Positions 52,588-64,000 of a stretch of DNA of 64,000 bases are shown here, piece by piece. The translations under genes were made by a program, and so were the position numbers. The notes beneath the pieces are model-generated. The model was not told the origin of the DNA and did not search any database. It saw only the letters and a program-made list of their open reading frames with translations. Location: positions 1 to 64,000 of the forward strand of contig CAVYZN010000032.1 in the NCBI GenBank assembly GCA_963773065.1, given 5' to 3'. Position 1 is the first letter of the stretch. The number at the start of each line of letters is the position of its first letter. Source of the DNA: an uncultured Gammaproteobacteria bacterium. GTDB lineage: Bacteria > Pseudomonadota > Gammaproteobacteria > UBA9214.

Positions 52588-55500
52588 TCAGGAGGCGATG
52601 CGTGCCCTGCCGTCCTGGAAATTGTATTCCCTGAGCAGCATCCCGGCCTCATCGTGCGGTACGGGCGGGCTGATCAGGAAACCCTGGATTTCGTCGCAGC
52701 GCAGATTGCGCAGAAAAGCGAGCTGCGCCTCCGTCTCGACCCCTTCCGCGACCACCCTGAGTTCCATATCATGCGCCATGGCGATGATGGCCTTGATGAT
52801 GCCCGCGTCGTCCGAATCGGTCGTGATGTCGCGGATGAATGACCGGTCAATTTTTACGCCGCTGATCGGGAAGCGTTTGAGGTGATTGAGCGAACAGTAG
52901 CCGGTGCCGAAATCATCGATGGAGATTTTCATGCCCGCCTTGTGCAGGACGCGCGAGGCGGCGGAGGCCGCTTCGATATCATCCATGATCGTGCTCTCGG
53001 TTATCTCCAGCTCGAGATGCCGCGGCGCGACGCCCGTCTCGTCGAGTATCGTGCTGATTTGCAGCAGCAGATCCTTCTGGCGGAATTGGTCGGCGGAGAG
53101 ATTGACGGCGATGGCGATGTCGGTGGACCCGCTTTGCTGCCATGCGCCGAGCTGTCGACACGCCGTGCGCAGGATCCACTCGCCGATGGAAGCGATGAGG
53201 CCGGTGCTCTCCGCCACCGGAAGGAATCGCGCCGGAGGTATCATGCCCAGTTCGGGGTGGCGCCAGCGCAGCAGCGCCTCCATGCAGATGATCCTGCCGG
53301 ATTCCAGGTCGATCTTGGGCTGGTAATGCAGCTCAAGTTCATTCCTCGCGGTGGCATGCCGCAAATCGTTTTCAAGCGTGAAATTCTCGACCGATGACCT
53401 GCTCAGGTCTTCGTTGTAGAACAGGTAGCAGTTATGTCCCCGGCACTTGGCGTAATAAAGTGCGATGGCGGCGCTCTTCAGCAATGAATCCGCATCGCCG
53501 CCGTCTCCGGGATACAGGCTGATGCCGGCGCTGCAGGTCAGGTTGATCTCATGTGCACCGATATTGATCCCCCTGGTCAGCGACTCGATGATGCGAGTCA
53601 CGATCTGGGCCGTGAATTCCGTGTATTCCATGCCGGTCAGCAGGATGCCGAATTCATCGCCACCGAGCCGGTAAATCGAAGTCTCGGGTTCGTCGCCGCC
53701 AAAACGTATGACGGTGTCCGTGCTGCGTAATGAATCCACCAGGCGGCGGCCGACTTCCCTGAGCAGCTCATCGCCGACGGAAAACCCGAGTGCATTGTTG
53801 ATGCGCCTGAACATGTCGAGGTCCAGCATCACCAGGGAGAAATATAACTGGTCCTCCCGGCAGGACTCGATGGCCTCGACTATCCGGTTGTGAAACAGCC
53901 TGCGGTCGGGCAGGCCGGTCAGGCTGTCGTGTCCCGGCCGGGATTCCCCGGTATCCGCTTGGTGGTCAGCGGCGCTGACCGGGGGGTGGCTGGCAGGTTC
54001 GAAGCTATCCGCGGGCACATCCCGCCGGGTGGTGTCGAGGGTCGCACCGGGCACGAAGGTCGCCGGAACTATCGGCATGCCGTTACCGGTTTCGCTATCC
54101 CATACGGATACGCGGTTGCGCCCGGTGTGCTTGGAGTGGTAGAGCGCCTGGTCTGCCCGGTCGATGAACTGGGCAAAATCCACAACCTCCCGGTCCATGG
54201 CGGTGATGCCGAAACTGGCCGTGATGCTGAGAAACGAGTTGGCGGACAGGCCGGAGAGATTCATCGAGGCGATATTTTCACGTGCGCGCAGCGCCGTGGC
54301 GACCGCCTGATCGAGATTCATGCCCGGCAGCACCATGCAGAACTCCTCCCCCCCGTAGCGGCAGACGGTGTCGGCTGAACGCAGCGACTCGCGCAGGCAT
54401 TGCGCGACCATCCTGATGACCTCGTCACCCATGGCATGGCCGTAGCGGTCATTGATCGTCTTGAAGTGGTCGATGTCCACCATGATGCAGGCAAGCCGCT
54501 GTCCATTGCGCTGCGCGGTTGCGAAGACGGTTTCATACTTATCGAAAAACGAGCGGCGATTGAGGCAGTCCGTCAATGGGTCACGCGTGGCAAGGATCAG
54601 CAGTTCACTGTTCTGGCGGCGTATCTCGTCGCGAGATTTCTTGAGCATGTCAAGCATGTCTTCCAGTTGATCGTTTTTTTCTTCCAGCCGGGTGACGTCA
54701 TCAAAGGTGGCCATGACGCCACGGCATTGCCCGCCATCCTTGACGGGGGCGGTGTTGACCATGAAGGTCCGTGTGTGCCCCGAAGGGCATCTCAGCCGCA
54801 GTTGCCTGCCGGTCTGTGTCACGCCGAGCCGCAGCGCGGCATCCCATGGGAACTCGTCTTCGAAGGTCCTGCCGAATTCCCACTTGAGGTCTGAAGCCCT
54901 TCTCCCGAGTAATGCCCCCGGCTTTTTGCCCACGATGCCCGCAAACGCGGCATTGGCGAGGATGATGCGGCCCTGCTCATCGAGCAGGAGTACCCCCTCG
55001 GCAAGCGCATCCAGGGCCGACTTGACCTGGTAGGGCACGCCCGCTGGGGACGCGATCCGTTGGTATCGGATTCCGCTGACCAGCAGGAAACCACTAAGCG
55101 GGAAAACAATGAGCAGTGCGATCACGCCCACCAGCGGGTTGTCGTGGAAACCGGCCGTACCCGGATTGCGCGCCGGGGAAAATCGCACGTCAACCGTTCC
55201 CCACAAGATGCCGTCACGGTACACCGGGGCCTGCAGGTGTGCCGGTAAGGACGGCCTGGCGGAGCGGTTCTTGCGCAGGAGCACGTTGTTTTCGGCACTC
55301 GCCAGCAGCTTTCCGTCGGCGCCGCGCAGGGCGATGGACTGTATTCCGGCGTTTTGTTCTACCAGCAGGCGCATACTTTCCTCGATGCCGGACAGATCCC
55401 CATGCTTCACGGCGGCGGCACACTGGAGCGCCAGTGAGTCGGTAAGGATCCTGTGTTCCGCATCGATTGCCCTGGCTTGATCGGGAATTACCCCGCTCAG

Positions 55501-55602
55501 GCTGCCGAGGACCAGCAGACCCGGCAGGGTGAGCAACAGCCCCAGCACGATGCGCACCATCGGTGAGATATTGATCATCTGCCCCGCGCCATTGCCTTCC
55601 AT
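52588..55602 (-). CDS. Membrane PAS-GGDEF-GGDEF-EAL c-di-GMP enzyme
   Basis: 2 TM, PAS, RYGGEEF, RLGGDEF, MEALLRW, DDFGTG; start approximate. Confidence 0.88.
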   Translation of the reverse strand: MEGNGAGQMINISPMVRIVLGLLLTLPGLLVLGSLSGVIPDQARAIDAEHRILTDSLALQCAAAVKHGDLSGIEESMRLLVEQNAGIQSIALRGADGKLLASAENNVLLRKNRSARPSLPAHLQAPVYRDGILWGTVDVRFSPARNPGTAGFHDNPLVGVIALLIVFPLSGFLLVSGIRYQRIASPAGVPYQVKSALDALAEGVLLLDEQGRIILANAAFAGIVGKKPGALLGRRASDLKWEFGRTFEDEFPWDAALRLGVTQTGRQLRLRCPSGHTRTFMVNTAPVKDGGQCRGVMATFDDVTRLEEKNDQLEDMLDMLKKSRDEIRRQNSELLILATRDPLTDCLNRRSFFDKYETVFATAQRNGQRLACIMVDIDHFKTINDRYGHAMGDEVIRMVAQCLRESLRSADTVCRYGGEEFCMVLPGMNLDQAVATALRARENIASMNLSGLSANSFLSITASFGITAMDREVVDFAQFIDRADQALYHSKHTGRNRVSVWDSETGNGMPIVPATFVPGATLDTTRRDVPADSFEPASHPPVSAADHQADTGESRPGHDSLTGLPDRRLFHNRIVEAIESCREDQLYFSLVMLDLDMFRRINNALGFSVGDELLREVGRRLVDSLRSTDTVIRFGGDEPETSIYRLGGDEFGILLTGMEYTEFTAQIVTRIIESLTRGINIGAHEINLTCSAGISLYPGDGGDADSLLKSAAIALYYAKCRGHNCYLFYNEDLSRSSVENFTLENDLRHATARNELELHYQPKIDLESGRIICMEALLRWRHPELGMIPPARFLPVAESTGLIASIGEWILRTACRQLGAWQQSGSTDIAIAVNLSADQFRQKDLLLQISTILDETGVAPRHLELEITESTIMDDIEAASAASRVLHKAGMKISIDDFGTGYCSLNHLKRFPISGVKIDRSFIRDITTDSDDAGIIKAIIAMAHDMELRVVAEGVETEAQLAFLRNLRCDEIQGFLISPPVPHDEAGMLLREYNFQDGRARIAS

Positions 55603-56040
55603 GAACACGCGGCCGGTGGCCTTGCCGACTTCCCCGCCCGCGCCCAGCCGCCATTGCGAATTCTCGCGACGGGTGACCCTAGGTCTGTGAGGGCAGCGCC
55701 TGGTGTATGATCGTGTTTCCCATAACTGACTGAAAGTGAATGTTTTAGGATAACGGCCGGCCCGGATGCACGAATCATGCTGCTGTCTCGAGACGTCGTT
55801 CGGGCTAGGGCGCGGGTTATCCGGTGATTCTTTCTGGTATCGGCAGGAAGCGCTGATACCCAAGGCTATTTCTGGATGTCCGGGCATGTCCGGCAGCGTG
55901 CCGGCGCGCACGAACAGCGGTACCGGCCGGCCCCGTACCGAAGCTGAAGTATCGGGCGCTGACAGCGATAGCCTGCCGGTAGCGTTTACACCGGGTGCGT
56001 TCCCATGTTTACGTCCGATTTAGGCTAGACTTATCTGGCA

Positions 56041-58878
56041 ATGAGCAGGCCACTGATGAGAACGTTGCAACGATCATCCCTCCTGGATGGCGGCAATGTT
56101 GCCTATCTCGAAGCCCTCTACGAGACCTGGCTGAAAGACCCGGACGCCGTCGCGCCGCACTGGCGCCAGTACTTCGAGGCGTTGCCGCGCGTCAACGGTT
56201 ACCCGGCCGCCGATGTATCCCATGCCGACATCAGGGAAGAGTTTTCGCGTCTGACCGGGCGACTGCACGGGCAGCGCATCGCGCGTCTGACCGATACCCG
56301 TCTGGAGCATGAGGAGAAGCAGGTCCGGGTGCTGCAGTTGATCAATGCCTACCGTTTCCGCGGCCACCAGCACGCCCGCACGGATCCGCTGCAGCACCAC
56401 GAGCCGGATCCCATAGCCGAACTCGAACTCGAATATCACAACCTCTCCGAAGCCGATTTCGAAACCGTATTCCATACCGGCTCGCTGGTTGGTCCCCCGG
56501 AGTCGAGCCTCAGGGGGATCCTGTTTGCCCTCAACCGCACCTATTGTGAAACCGTCGGCGCGGAATACATGCACATCGCCGAGACGGCCGAAAAACGCTG
56601 GATCCAGCAGCGTCTGGAAGGCGTGCAGTCCCACCCCGCCCTGACCAACGAAAAGCGCCGCTGGCTGCTCGCCCGGCTGACGGCGGCGGAGGGCATCGAG
56701 CGCTACCTGCATGCAAAATATGTGGGGCAGAAACGCTTTTCGCTGGAAGGCAGCGAGAGCCTGATACCGCTGGTCGGCGAGCTGATCGATCGCGCCGGCG
56801 CGCAGGGCGTCCGAGAGATCGTCATTGGCATGTCGCACCGGGGGCGGCTGAACATGCTCGTGAATATACTCGGCAAGTCACCGGCGGATCTGTTCCAGGA
56901 GTTCGAAGGCCGCTATGCGAGCCGCCTCTCCAGCGGGGACGTGAAATACCATCAGGGATTCTCCTCGGATATCCAGACCAGCGGCGGACGGGTGCACCTG
57001 GCGCTGGCCTTCAACCCGTCCCACCTGGAGATCGTCTCGCCGGTGGTGCAGGGCTCGGTGCGCGCCCGCCAGCAGCGTTACGGCGACCGCGAGGGCCATG
57101 AGGCGATGGCGGTGGTGATCCATGGCGATTCGTCCTTTGCCGGGCAGGGCGTGGTCATGGAAACCTTCAACATGTCCGGCCTGCGCGGCTACCGCACGCA
57201 GGGCACCGTGCACATCATCGTCAATAACCAGATCGGCTTCACCACCAGCCATGTCAAGGACGCCCGTTCGACGCTGTACTGCACGGACGTCGCCAAGATG
57301 GTCAATGCGCCTATTTTCCACGTCAACGGGGATGACCCCGAGGCGGTGTTATTCGTCACCCAGTTGGCGCTCGACTACCGCATGGAATTCGGCAAGGACG
57401 TGGTCATCGACCTCGTCTGCTACCGCCGGCACGGACACAATGAAGCCGACGAGCCCTCGGCCACCCAGCCGGTGATGTACCGCGAGATCCGCTCCATGCC
57501 GACGACGCGCGAACTCTATGTCGAGCGGCTGGCCGCATTGAACCTCATCGCGGCGGCGGCGGAGGCCGATGAAATGGTGCGCGAGTACCGTGACCGGCTG
57601 GATGCCGGCAGCAGCGTGACTCAGGGCGTGGTGGTGAACAATCATGAAGGCCGCGGCCGCGGCGTCGACTGGACGCCTTACATGGGACGCGAGTGGGATG
57701 AGCCCGTCGACACGCGCGTGAACCCGGAAACTTTGCGCACGCTCTCCGAGCGTCTGCAGGGGCTGCCGGCGGGCTTCGAGCTGCACCCCAGGGTCGCCAA
57801 GATCATGGATGACCGGCGCAAGATGGCGGCGGGCGCCTTACCGGTGGACTGGGGTTATGCGGAGTCGCTCGCGTTCGCGACCCTGCTTGATGACGGCTAT
57901 CCCATCCGCCTGTCCGGGCAGGACACCGAGCGCGGCACCTTCTTTCATCGCCATGCGGTGCTGCACAACCAGATCGATGGCGGTATCTGGGTGCCGTTGC
58001 AGAACCTCTCGGAGCGTCAGCCGAATTTCCTGGTGATCGACTCCCTGCTCTCCGAGGAGGCGGTGCTCGCCTTCGAATACGGCTACGCCTCGGCCGATCC
58101 GGGGGCGCTGGTGATCTGGGAAGCGCAATACGGCGATTTCGCCAACGTCGCGCAGGTCGTCATCGACCAGTTCATCACCTCGGGCGAGGCCAAGTGGGGG
58201 CGGCTGTGCGGGCTGACGCTGTTTCTGCCGCACGGCTACGAAGGGCAGGGCCCCGAACATTCATCGGCGCGTCTGGAGCGCTTTCTGCAGTTATGCGCCG
58301 GTCACAACATCCAGGTGTGTATCCCGTCGACCCCGGCGCAGCTCTTTCACATGCTGCGCCGCCAGATGCTGCGCCCGCTGCGCCGGCCGCTGATCGTGAT
58401 GACGCCAAAGAGCCTGCTGCGTCACAAGCTGGCCACCTCCAGTCTGGATGAACTCACGGGAGGCGGTTTTCTCCCGGTCATCGGCGACGCCGATGTCCGG
58501 GACAAGGCGGCCGTGCGGCGGGTTGTCATGTGCAGCGGCAAGGTCTACTACGACCTGCTGGAGCACAAGCGCGAAACCGGGCTCGATGAGGTGGCCATCA
58601 TCCGCATCGAACAGCTCTATCCCTTCCCCTCGCGCCTCATGCGCGAGGAACTCGCCGGCTATGCCGGTCTGTCCGATTACTACTGGTGTCAGGAGGAACC
58701 GCGGAACCAGGGCGCCTGGTACGCCATGCGCCACAAGCTGCAGGCGGTCATTGGCGAGCAAAACCGGCTTCATTATACTGGCCGCGTTGCCTCCGCCGCG
58801 CCGGCGGTCGGTTATCCGGGCCTGCATGTCAAGCAGCAGGCGGCGCTGGTTGCCGTTGCCCTGGGCCTGAAGGATTAG
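56041..58878 (+). CDS. sucA: 2-oxoglutarate dehydrogenase E1
   Basis: KRFSLEG, GDVKYHQG, NPSHLE, HGDS, PEHSSAR. Confidence 0.97.
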   Translation: MSRPLMRTLQRSSLLDGGNVAYLEALYETWLKDPDAVAPHWRQYFEALPRVNGYPAADVSHADIREEFSRLTGRLHGQRIARLTDTRLEHEEKQVRVLQLINAYRFRGHQHARTDPLQHHEPDPIAELELEYHNLSEADFETVFHTGSLVGPPESSLRGILFALNRTYCETVGAEYMHIAETAEKRWIQQRLEGVQSHPALTNEKRRWLLARLTAAEGIERYLHAKYVGQKRFSLEGSESLIPLVGELIDRAGAQGVREIVIGMSHRGRLNMLVNILGKSPADLFQEFEGRYASRLSSGDVKYHQGFSSDIQTSGGRVHLALAFNPSHLEIVSPVVQGSVRARQQRYGDREGHEAMAVVIHGDSSFAGQGVVMETFNMSGLRGYRTQGTVHIIVNNQIGFTTSHVKDARSTLYCTDVAKMVNAPIFHVNGDDPEAVLFVTQLALDYRMEFGKDVVIDLVCYRRHGHNEADEPSATQPVMYREIRSMPTTRELYVERLAALNLIAAAAEADEMVREYRDRLDAGSSVTQGVVVNNHEGRGRGVDWTPYMGREWDEPVDTRVNPETLRTLSERLQGLPAGFELHPRVAKIMDDRRKMAAGALPVDWGYAESLAFATLLDDGYPIRLSGQDTERGTFFHRHAVLHNQIDGGIWVPLQNLSERQPNFLVIDSLLSEEAVLAFEYGYASADPGALVIWEAQYGDFANVAQVVIDQFITSGEAKWGRLCGLTLFLPHGYEGQGPEHSSARLERFLQLCAGHNIQVCIPSTPAQLFHMLRRQMLRPLRRPLIVMTPKSLLRHKLATSSLDELTGGGFLPVIGDADVRDKAAVRRVVMCSGKVYYDLLEHKRETGLDEVAIIRIEQLYPFPSRLMREELAGYAGLSDYYWCQEEPRNQGAWYAMRHKLQAVIGEQNRLHYTGRVASAAPAVGYPGLHVKQQAALVAVALGLKD

Positions 58879-58956
58879 GGACATTGGCCGGGCCGGCGGA
58901 ATCACGGCGTAGCCGGAGGCTACTGGCAAGGCATATTCTTCGACAAGGACAACAGG

Positions 58957-60174
58957 ATGAGCATTGAAGTCAGGGCGCCGGCGTTCCCCGAATCCATCAG
59001 CGACGGAGTGGTGGCCGGCTGGCACAAGCAGCCGGGCGAGCCGGTCCGCCGCGATGAAGCCCTGGTCGACATCGAGACGGACAAGGTCATGCTGGAAGTG
59101 CCGGCCCCCGATGACGGCATACTGGAGAAGATCCTGTTGGAGCGCGGCGCGACGGTCGTCGCCGACCAGGTCATCGGCCTGCTGCGCCCGGGACTGGCCG
59201 CGGCGCAGGAACCGCCGAAGGGCGAAGCCCGCCCCGCGCAGACACCGCCGCACCCTCCGCAAGCGACCGCCTCCATGGGGCCGGCGGCGCGCAAACTGGT
59301 TGCCGATAACCGGTTCGATGCCAGCCGGATCAGCGGCAGCGGCCGGGACGGCCGCATCACCAAGGCGGATGTGCTCGATTTCATGGACCGTCAGCCGGCC
59401 GAGGCAAGGCCCGAGGAAACCCGGCCGGCCGAGCCCCCGCTGGTGACTCCCGGACTGCCCGAGGTCGAGGAGGACCGCCCGCAGAAGCGCGTGCCCATGA
59501 CGCGGCTGCGCGCGCGCATCGCCGAGCGCCTGCTGCACGCGACCCAGACCACCGCGATGCTGACGACGTTCAACGAGCTCAACATGCAGCCGGTCATGGA
59601 CCTGCGCGCCAGACACCGGGACGAATTCGAGCGGCGTCACGGCGTGCGGCTGGGTTTCATGTCGTTTTTCGTGCGCGCCTCCGCCGAGGCGCTCAAACAC
59701 CAGCCGGACATCAACGCCTCGATCGACGGCGCCGACATCGTCTACCACGGGTTTTGCGACATCGGGGTCGCCATCAGTTCCGATCGCGGGCTGGTCGTGC
59801 CGATCCTGCGCAACGCCGAATACCTGAGCCTGGCGGAGATCGAGCGGGGTATCCTCGAATTTTCCAACAAGGCGCGCGAGGGCAAGCTGGCGATGGAGGA
59901 GATCACCGGCGGAACCTTCACCATCTCCAATGGCGGCGTCTTCGGTTCCATGCTGTCCACGCCGATCCTCAATCCACCGCAAAGCGCCATCCTCGGCATG
60001 CATGCCATCCAGGAGCGGCCGGTGGTCGAGGCGGGTCAGATCGTCATCCGGCCGATCATGTATTTGGCGCTGACCTATGATCACCGCCTCGTGGACGGCA
60101 AGAGCGCCGTGACGTTTCTCAAAACCATCAAGGAACTGCTGGAAGATCCGGCCAGCATGCTGCTGGATCTCTGA
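58957..60174 (+). CDS. sucB: Dihydrolipoamide succinyltransferase E2
   Basis: IETDKV lipoyl motif, YDHRLVDG. Confidence 0.97.
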   Translation: MSIEVRAPAFPESISDGVVAGWHKQPGEPVRRDEALVDIETDKVMLEVPAPDDGILEKILLERGATVVADQVIGLLRPGLAAAQEPPKGEARPAQTPPHPPQATASMGPAARKLVADNRFDASRISGSGRDGRITKADVLDFMDRQPAEARPEETRPAEPPLVTPGLPEVEEDRPQKRVPMTRLRARIAERLLHATQTTAMLTTFNELNMQPVMDLRARHRDEFERRHGVRLGFMSFFVRASAEALKHQPDINASIDGADIVYHGFCDIGVAISSDRGLVVPILRNAEYLSLAEIERGILEFSNKAREGKLAMEEITGGTFTISNGGVFGSMLSTPILNPPQSAILGMHAIQERPVVEAGQIVIRPIMYLALTYDHRLVDGKSAVTFLKTIKELLEDPASMLLDL

Positions 60175-60188
60175 GCGAGGCAAGCACA

Positions 60189-61622
60189 CTGGACAACGAC
60201 TACGAAGTGATTGTGATCGGGGCCGGACCGGCCGGCTACGTCGCCGCGATCCGTTGCGCGCAGCTCGGCATGAAGACCGCCTGCGTCGATGAGTGGCTGG
60301 ATAGGCGGGGTGCGCCGGCGCTGGGGGGGACCTGCCTCAATGCCGGCTGCATTCCCTCCAAGGCCCTGCTGGAGAGTTCCGAGTTCTACGCCCGGGTGCG
60401 CCAGGGCGCGGCGAGCCACGGGATCATCGCCAGGGACGTGTCGCTCGATGTCGCGGCGATGATGGAGCGCAAGGACAAGGTCGTCCATGATCTCACCGAC
60501 GGCGTCGCGACCCTGTTCCGCTCGAACGGCATCGACTGGATCAAGGGTCACGGCCAACTGCTGCCGGAGCGCAAGGTTCATGTTGCCCCGCACACGGGAG
60601 AGCAGCGCACCCTGGCGGCCGGATACGTGATTCTTGCCACCGGCTCGGCGCCGGTCAAGCTCGATGCGGCCCCCCTGCATGCGGACCGGATCGCGGACTC
60701 CGCCGGCGCACTCGAGTGGACCAGCGTGCCGCAACGCCTCGGCATCATCGGCGCCGGTGTCATCGGCCTGGAGTTGGGCAGCGTCTGGCGCAGACTGGGC
60801 GCCGAGGTCACCCTGCTCGAGGCGCAGACGGTGTTTCTTGCCATGGCCGATCAGCAACTGGCCAGGGGGGCGCTGGGACTGTTCCGCAAACAGGGTCTGG
60901 ATATACACCTCGGCGCGCTGGTGAAATCCACGCGACTGGCCGACGCCGGCGTCGTGATCGATTACCAGGACGAGGACGGCATGCATACCCTGACCGTGGA
61001 TCGTCTGGTCGTCGCGGTGGGGCGCAGCCCCTACACACAAGGACTCGCCAGCGCGGAAGCCGGCCTGCTGCTCGATGAGGGCGGGTTCATCCATGTCGAT
61101 GAGCACTGCGCCACCAATCTACCCGGTGTCTACGCCATCGGCGATGCGGTGCGCGGTCCCATGCTCGCGCACAAGGGCTCGGAGGAGGGCATCGCGGTCG
61201 CGGAGCGCATCGCCGGCCAGTTCCCGGAAGTCAACTACGAGCTCATCGCTTCAGTGATCTACACCCAGCCCGAGATCGCCTGGGTGGGCAGGACCGAGGA
61301 GGCGCTCCGGCAGTCGGGCGTCGATTACCGCAGCGGCGTGTTCCCGTTTTTAGCCAGCGGTCGGGCGCGCGCCATACAGGAGACCGACGGCATGGTGAAG
61401 GTGCTGAGCGACGCCGCGACGGACCGCGTGCTGAGTGTCCATATCCTGGGCAGTCACGCCTCCGAGCTGATCGGCCAGGCGGTGATGGCCATGGAGTTCG
61501 ACGCCAGCAGCGAGGACATCGCGCGCACGGTGTTCGCCCACCCGACCCTGTCCGAGGCGCTGCACGAAGCCGCGCTCGCCGTCGGCAAGCGCGCCCTGCA
61601 CCTCCTCAAGCCGCGGAAGTGA
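60189..61622 (+). CDS. lpdA: Dihydrolipoamide dehydrogenase E3
   Basis: GAGPAG, GGTCLNAGCIPSK, HPTLSE; start codon uncertain (CTG 60189 or GTG 60207). Confidence 0.95.
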   Translation: MDNDYEVIVIGAGPAGYVAAIRCAQLGMKTACVDEWLDRRGAPALGGTCLNAGCIPSKALLESSEFYARVRQGAASHGIIARDVSLDVAAMMERKDKVVHDLTDGVATLFRSNGIDWIKGHGQLLPERKVHVAPHTGEQRTLAAGYVILATGSAPVKLDAAPLHADRIADSAGALEWTSVPQRLGIIGAGVIGLELGSVWRRLGAEVTLLEAQTVFLAMADQQLARGALGLFRKQGLDIHLGALVKSTRLADAGVVIDYQDEDGMHTLTVDRLVVAVGRSPYTQGLASAEAGLLLDEGGFIHVDEHCATNLPGVYAIGDAVRGPMLAHKGSEEGIAVAERIAGQFPEVNYELIASVIYTQPEIAWVGRTEEALRQSGVDYRSGVFPFLASGRARAIQETDGMVKVLSDAATDRVLSVHILGSHASELIGQAVMAMEFDASSEDIARTVFAHPTLSEALHEAALAVGKRALHLLKPRK

Positions 61623-61680
61623 TGATCGGTTCTGCCGCCCGGCCTCTGCTGGGTCATCCGATATACAGCTGCAGCTTATT

Positions 61681-61749
61681 TGTAGGTTCGAATTCATTCG
61701 AACAGAACGCGCGATCACACTCCGCTGTGCGAATAAATTCGCACCTACA
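61681..61749. repeat. Inverted pair of GTAG-type REP sequences
   Basis: TGTAGGTTCGAATTCATTCGAAC ... GTGCGAATAAATTCGCACCTACA. Confidence 0.8.
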
Positions 61750-61791
61750 CATCCGCCCCCCTTTGAGGATGCCGTTCTGGGCGACACGCTA

Positions 61792-61902
61792 CTACAGGGA
61801 ATAACTATGCTGAAGTCGCGGCATCTCCACGCGGGTGTTGGTGAGCAGGCGCGCGAAGGCGCCCATGCTGTCCGGTTCGCCGTGCACCAGGAAGGCGGCG
61901 GC
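61792..61902 (-). pseudogene. C-terminal remnant of a beta-CASP/MBL-fold metallohydrolase
   Basis: AAAFLVHGEPDSMGAFARLLTNTRVEMPRLQHSYSL*, preceded by an in-frame TAG. Confidence 0.6.
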
Positions 61903-61999
61903 CTAAAGCATACCTTGAAACGGCCGGATTGCCGCCCTGAAGTCTGCCGGAATTAGGTAACATAGGGCCAACAACGCCAACGAAAGCCGCGTCTCACCG

Positions 62000-64000
<2,001 letters not shown>

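Noticed and set aside
58291-60189. 632-aa minus-strand ORF (and similar 44988-46553, 46606-48144, 24284-25618)
   Set aside because: Antisense shadows of well-identified genes

Overview
GC-rich gammaproteobacterial (Chromatiales/Thiohalobacterales-like, inferred from gene content) chromosome segment, mostly accessory. Left to right: acetolactate synthase and an EEP hydrolase; a cytochrome b-PepSY-histidine kinase locus with its response regulator deleted, flanked by two TTAAG-N6-TTAA(G/T) promoters, one driving a candidate sRNA; a lower-GC defence islet (Zn-ribbon DNA methyltransferase, PD-(D/E)xK nuclease, DUF262-DUF1524/GmrSD); cusCBA-type efflux and a CDF transporter; phoBR-pstSCAB-phoU and a degenerate Ppx; arsR-arsI/cadI-arsC-acr3; a complete IS4 with an 11-bp TSD; glk, SoxW-like thioredoxin, a coiled-coil/degenerate GGDEF-EAL protein and a higBA relic; a glutaminase-STAS-cNMP gene divergent from a nine-gene V/A-type ATPase operon; sodC and a di-heme peroxidase; a damaged, partly duplicated tRNA-Arg(CCG); cytochrome c5, a PAS-GGDEF-GGDEF-EAL protein, sucA-sucB-lpdA; and the start of a second putative defence island (SNF2 helicase). 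Many genes carry single-base frameshifts, which may be long-read errors. All calls come from motif recognition only; no searches were run.
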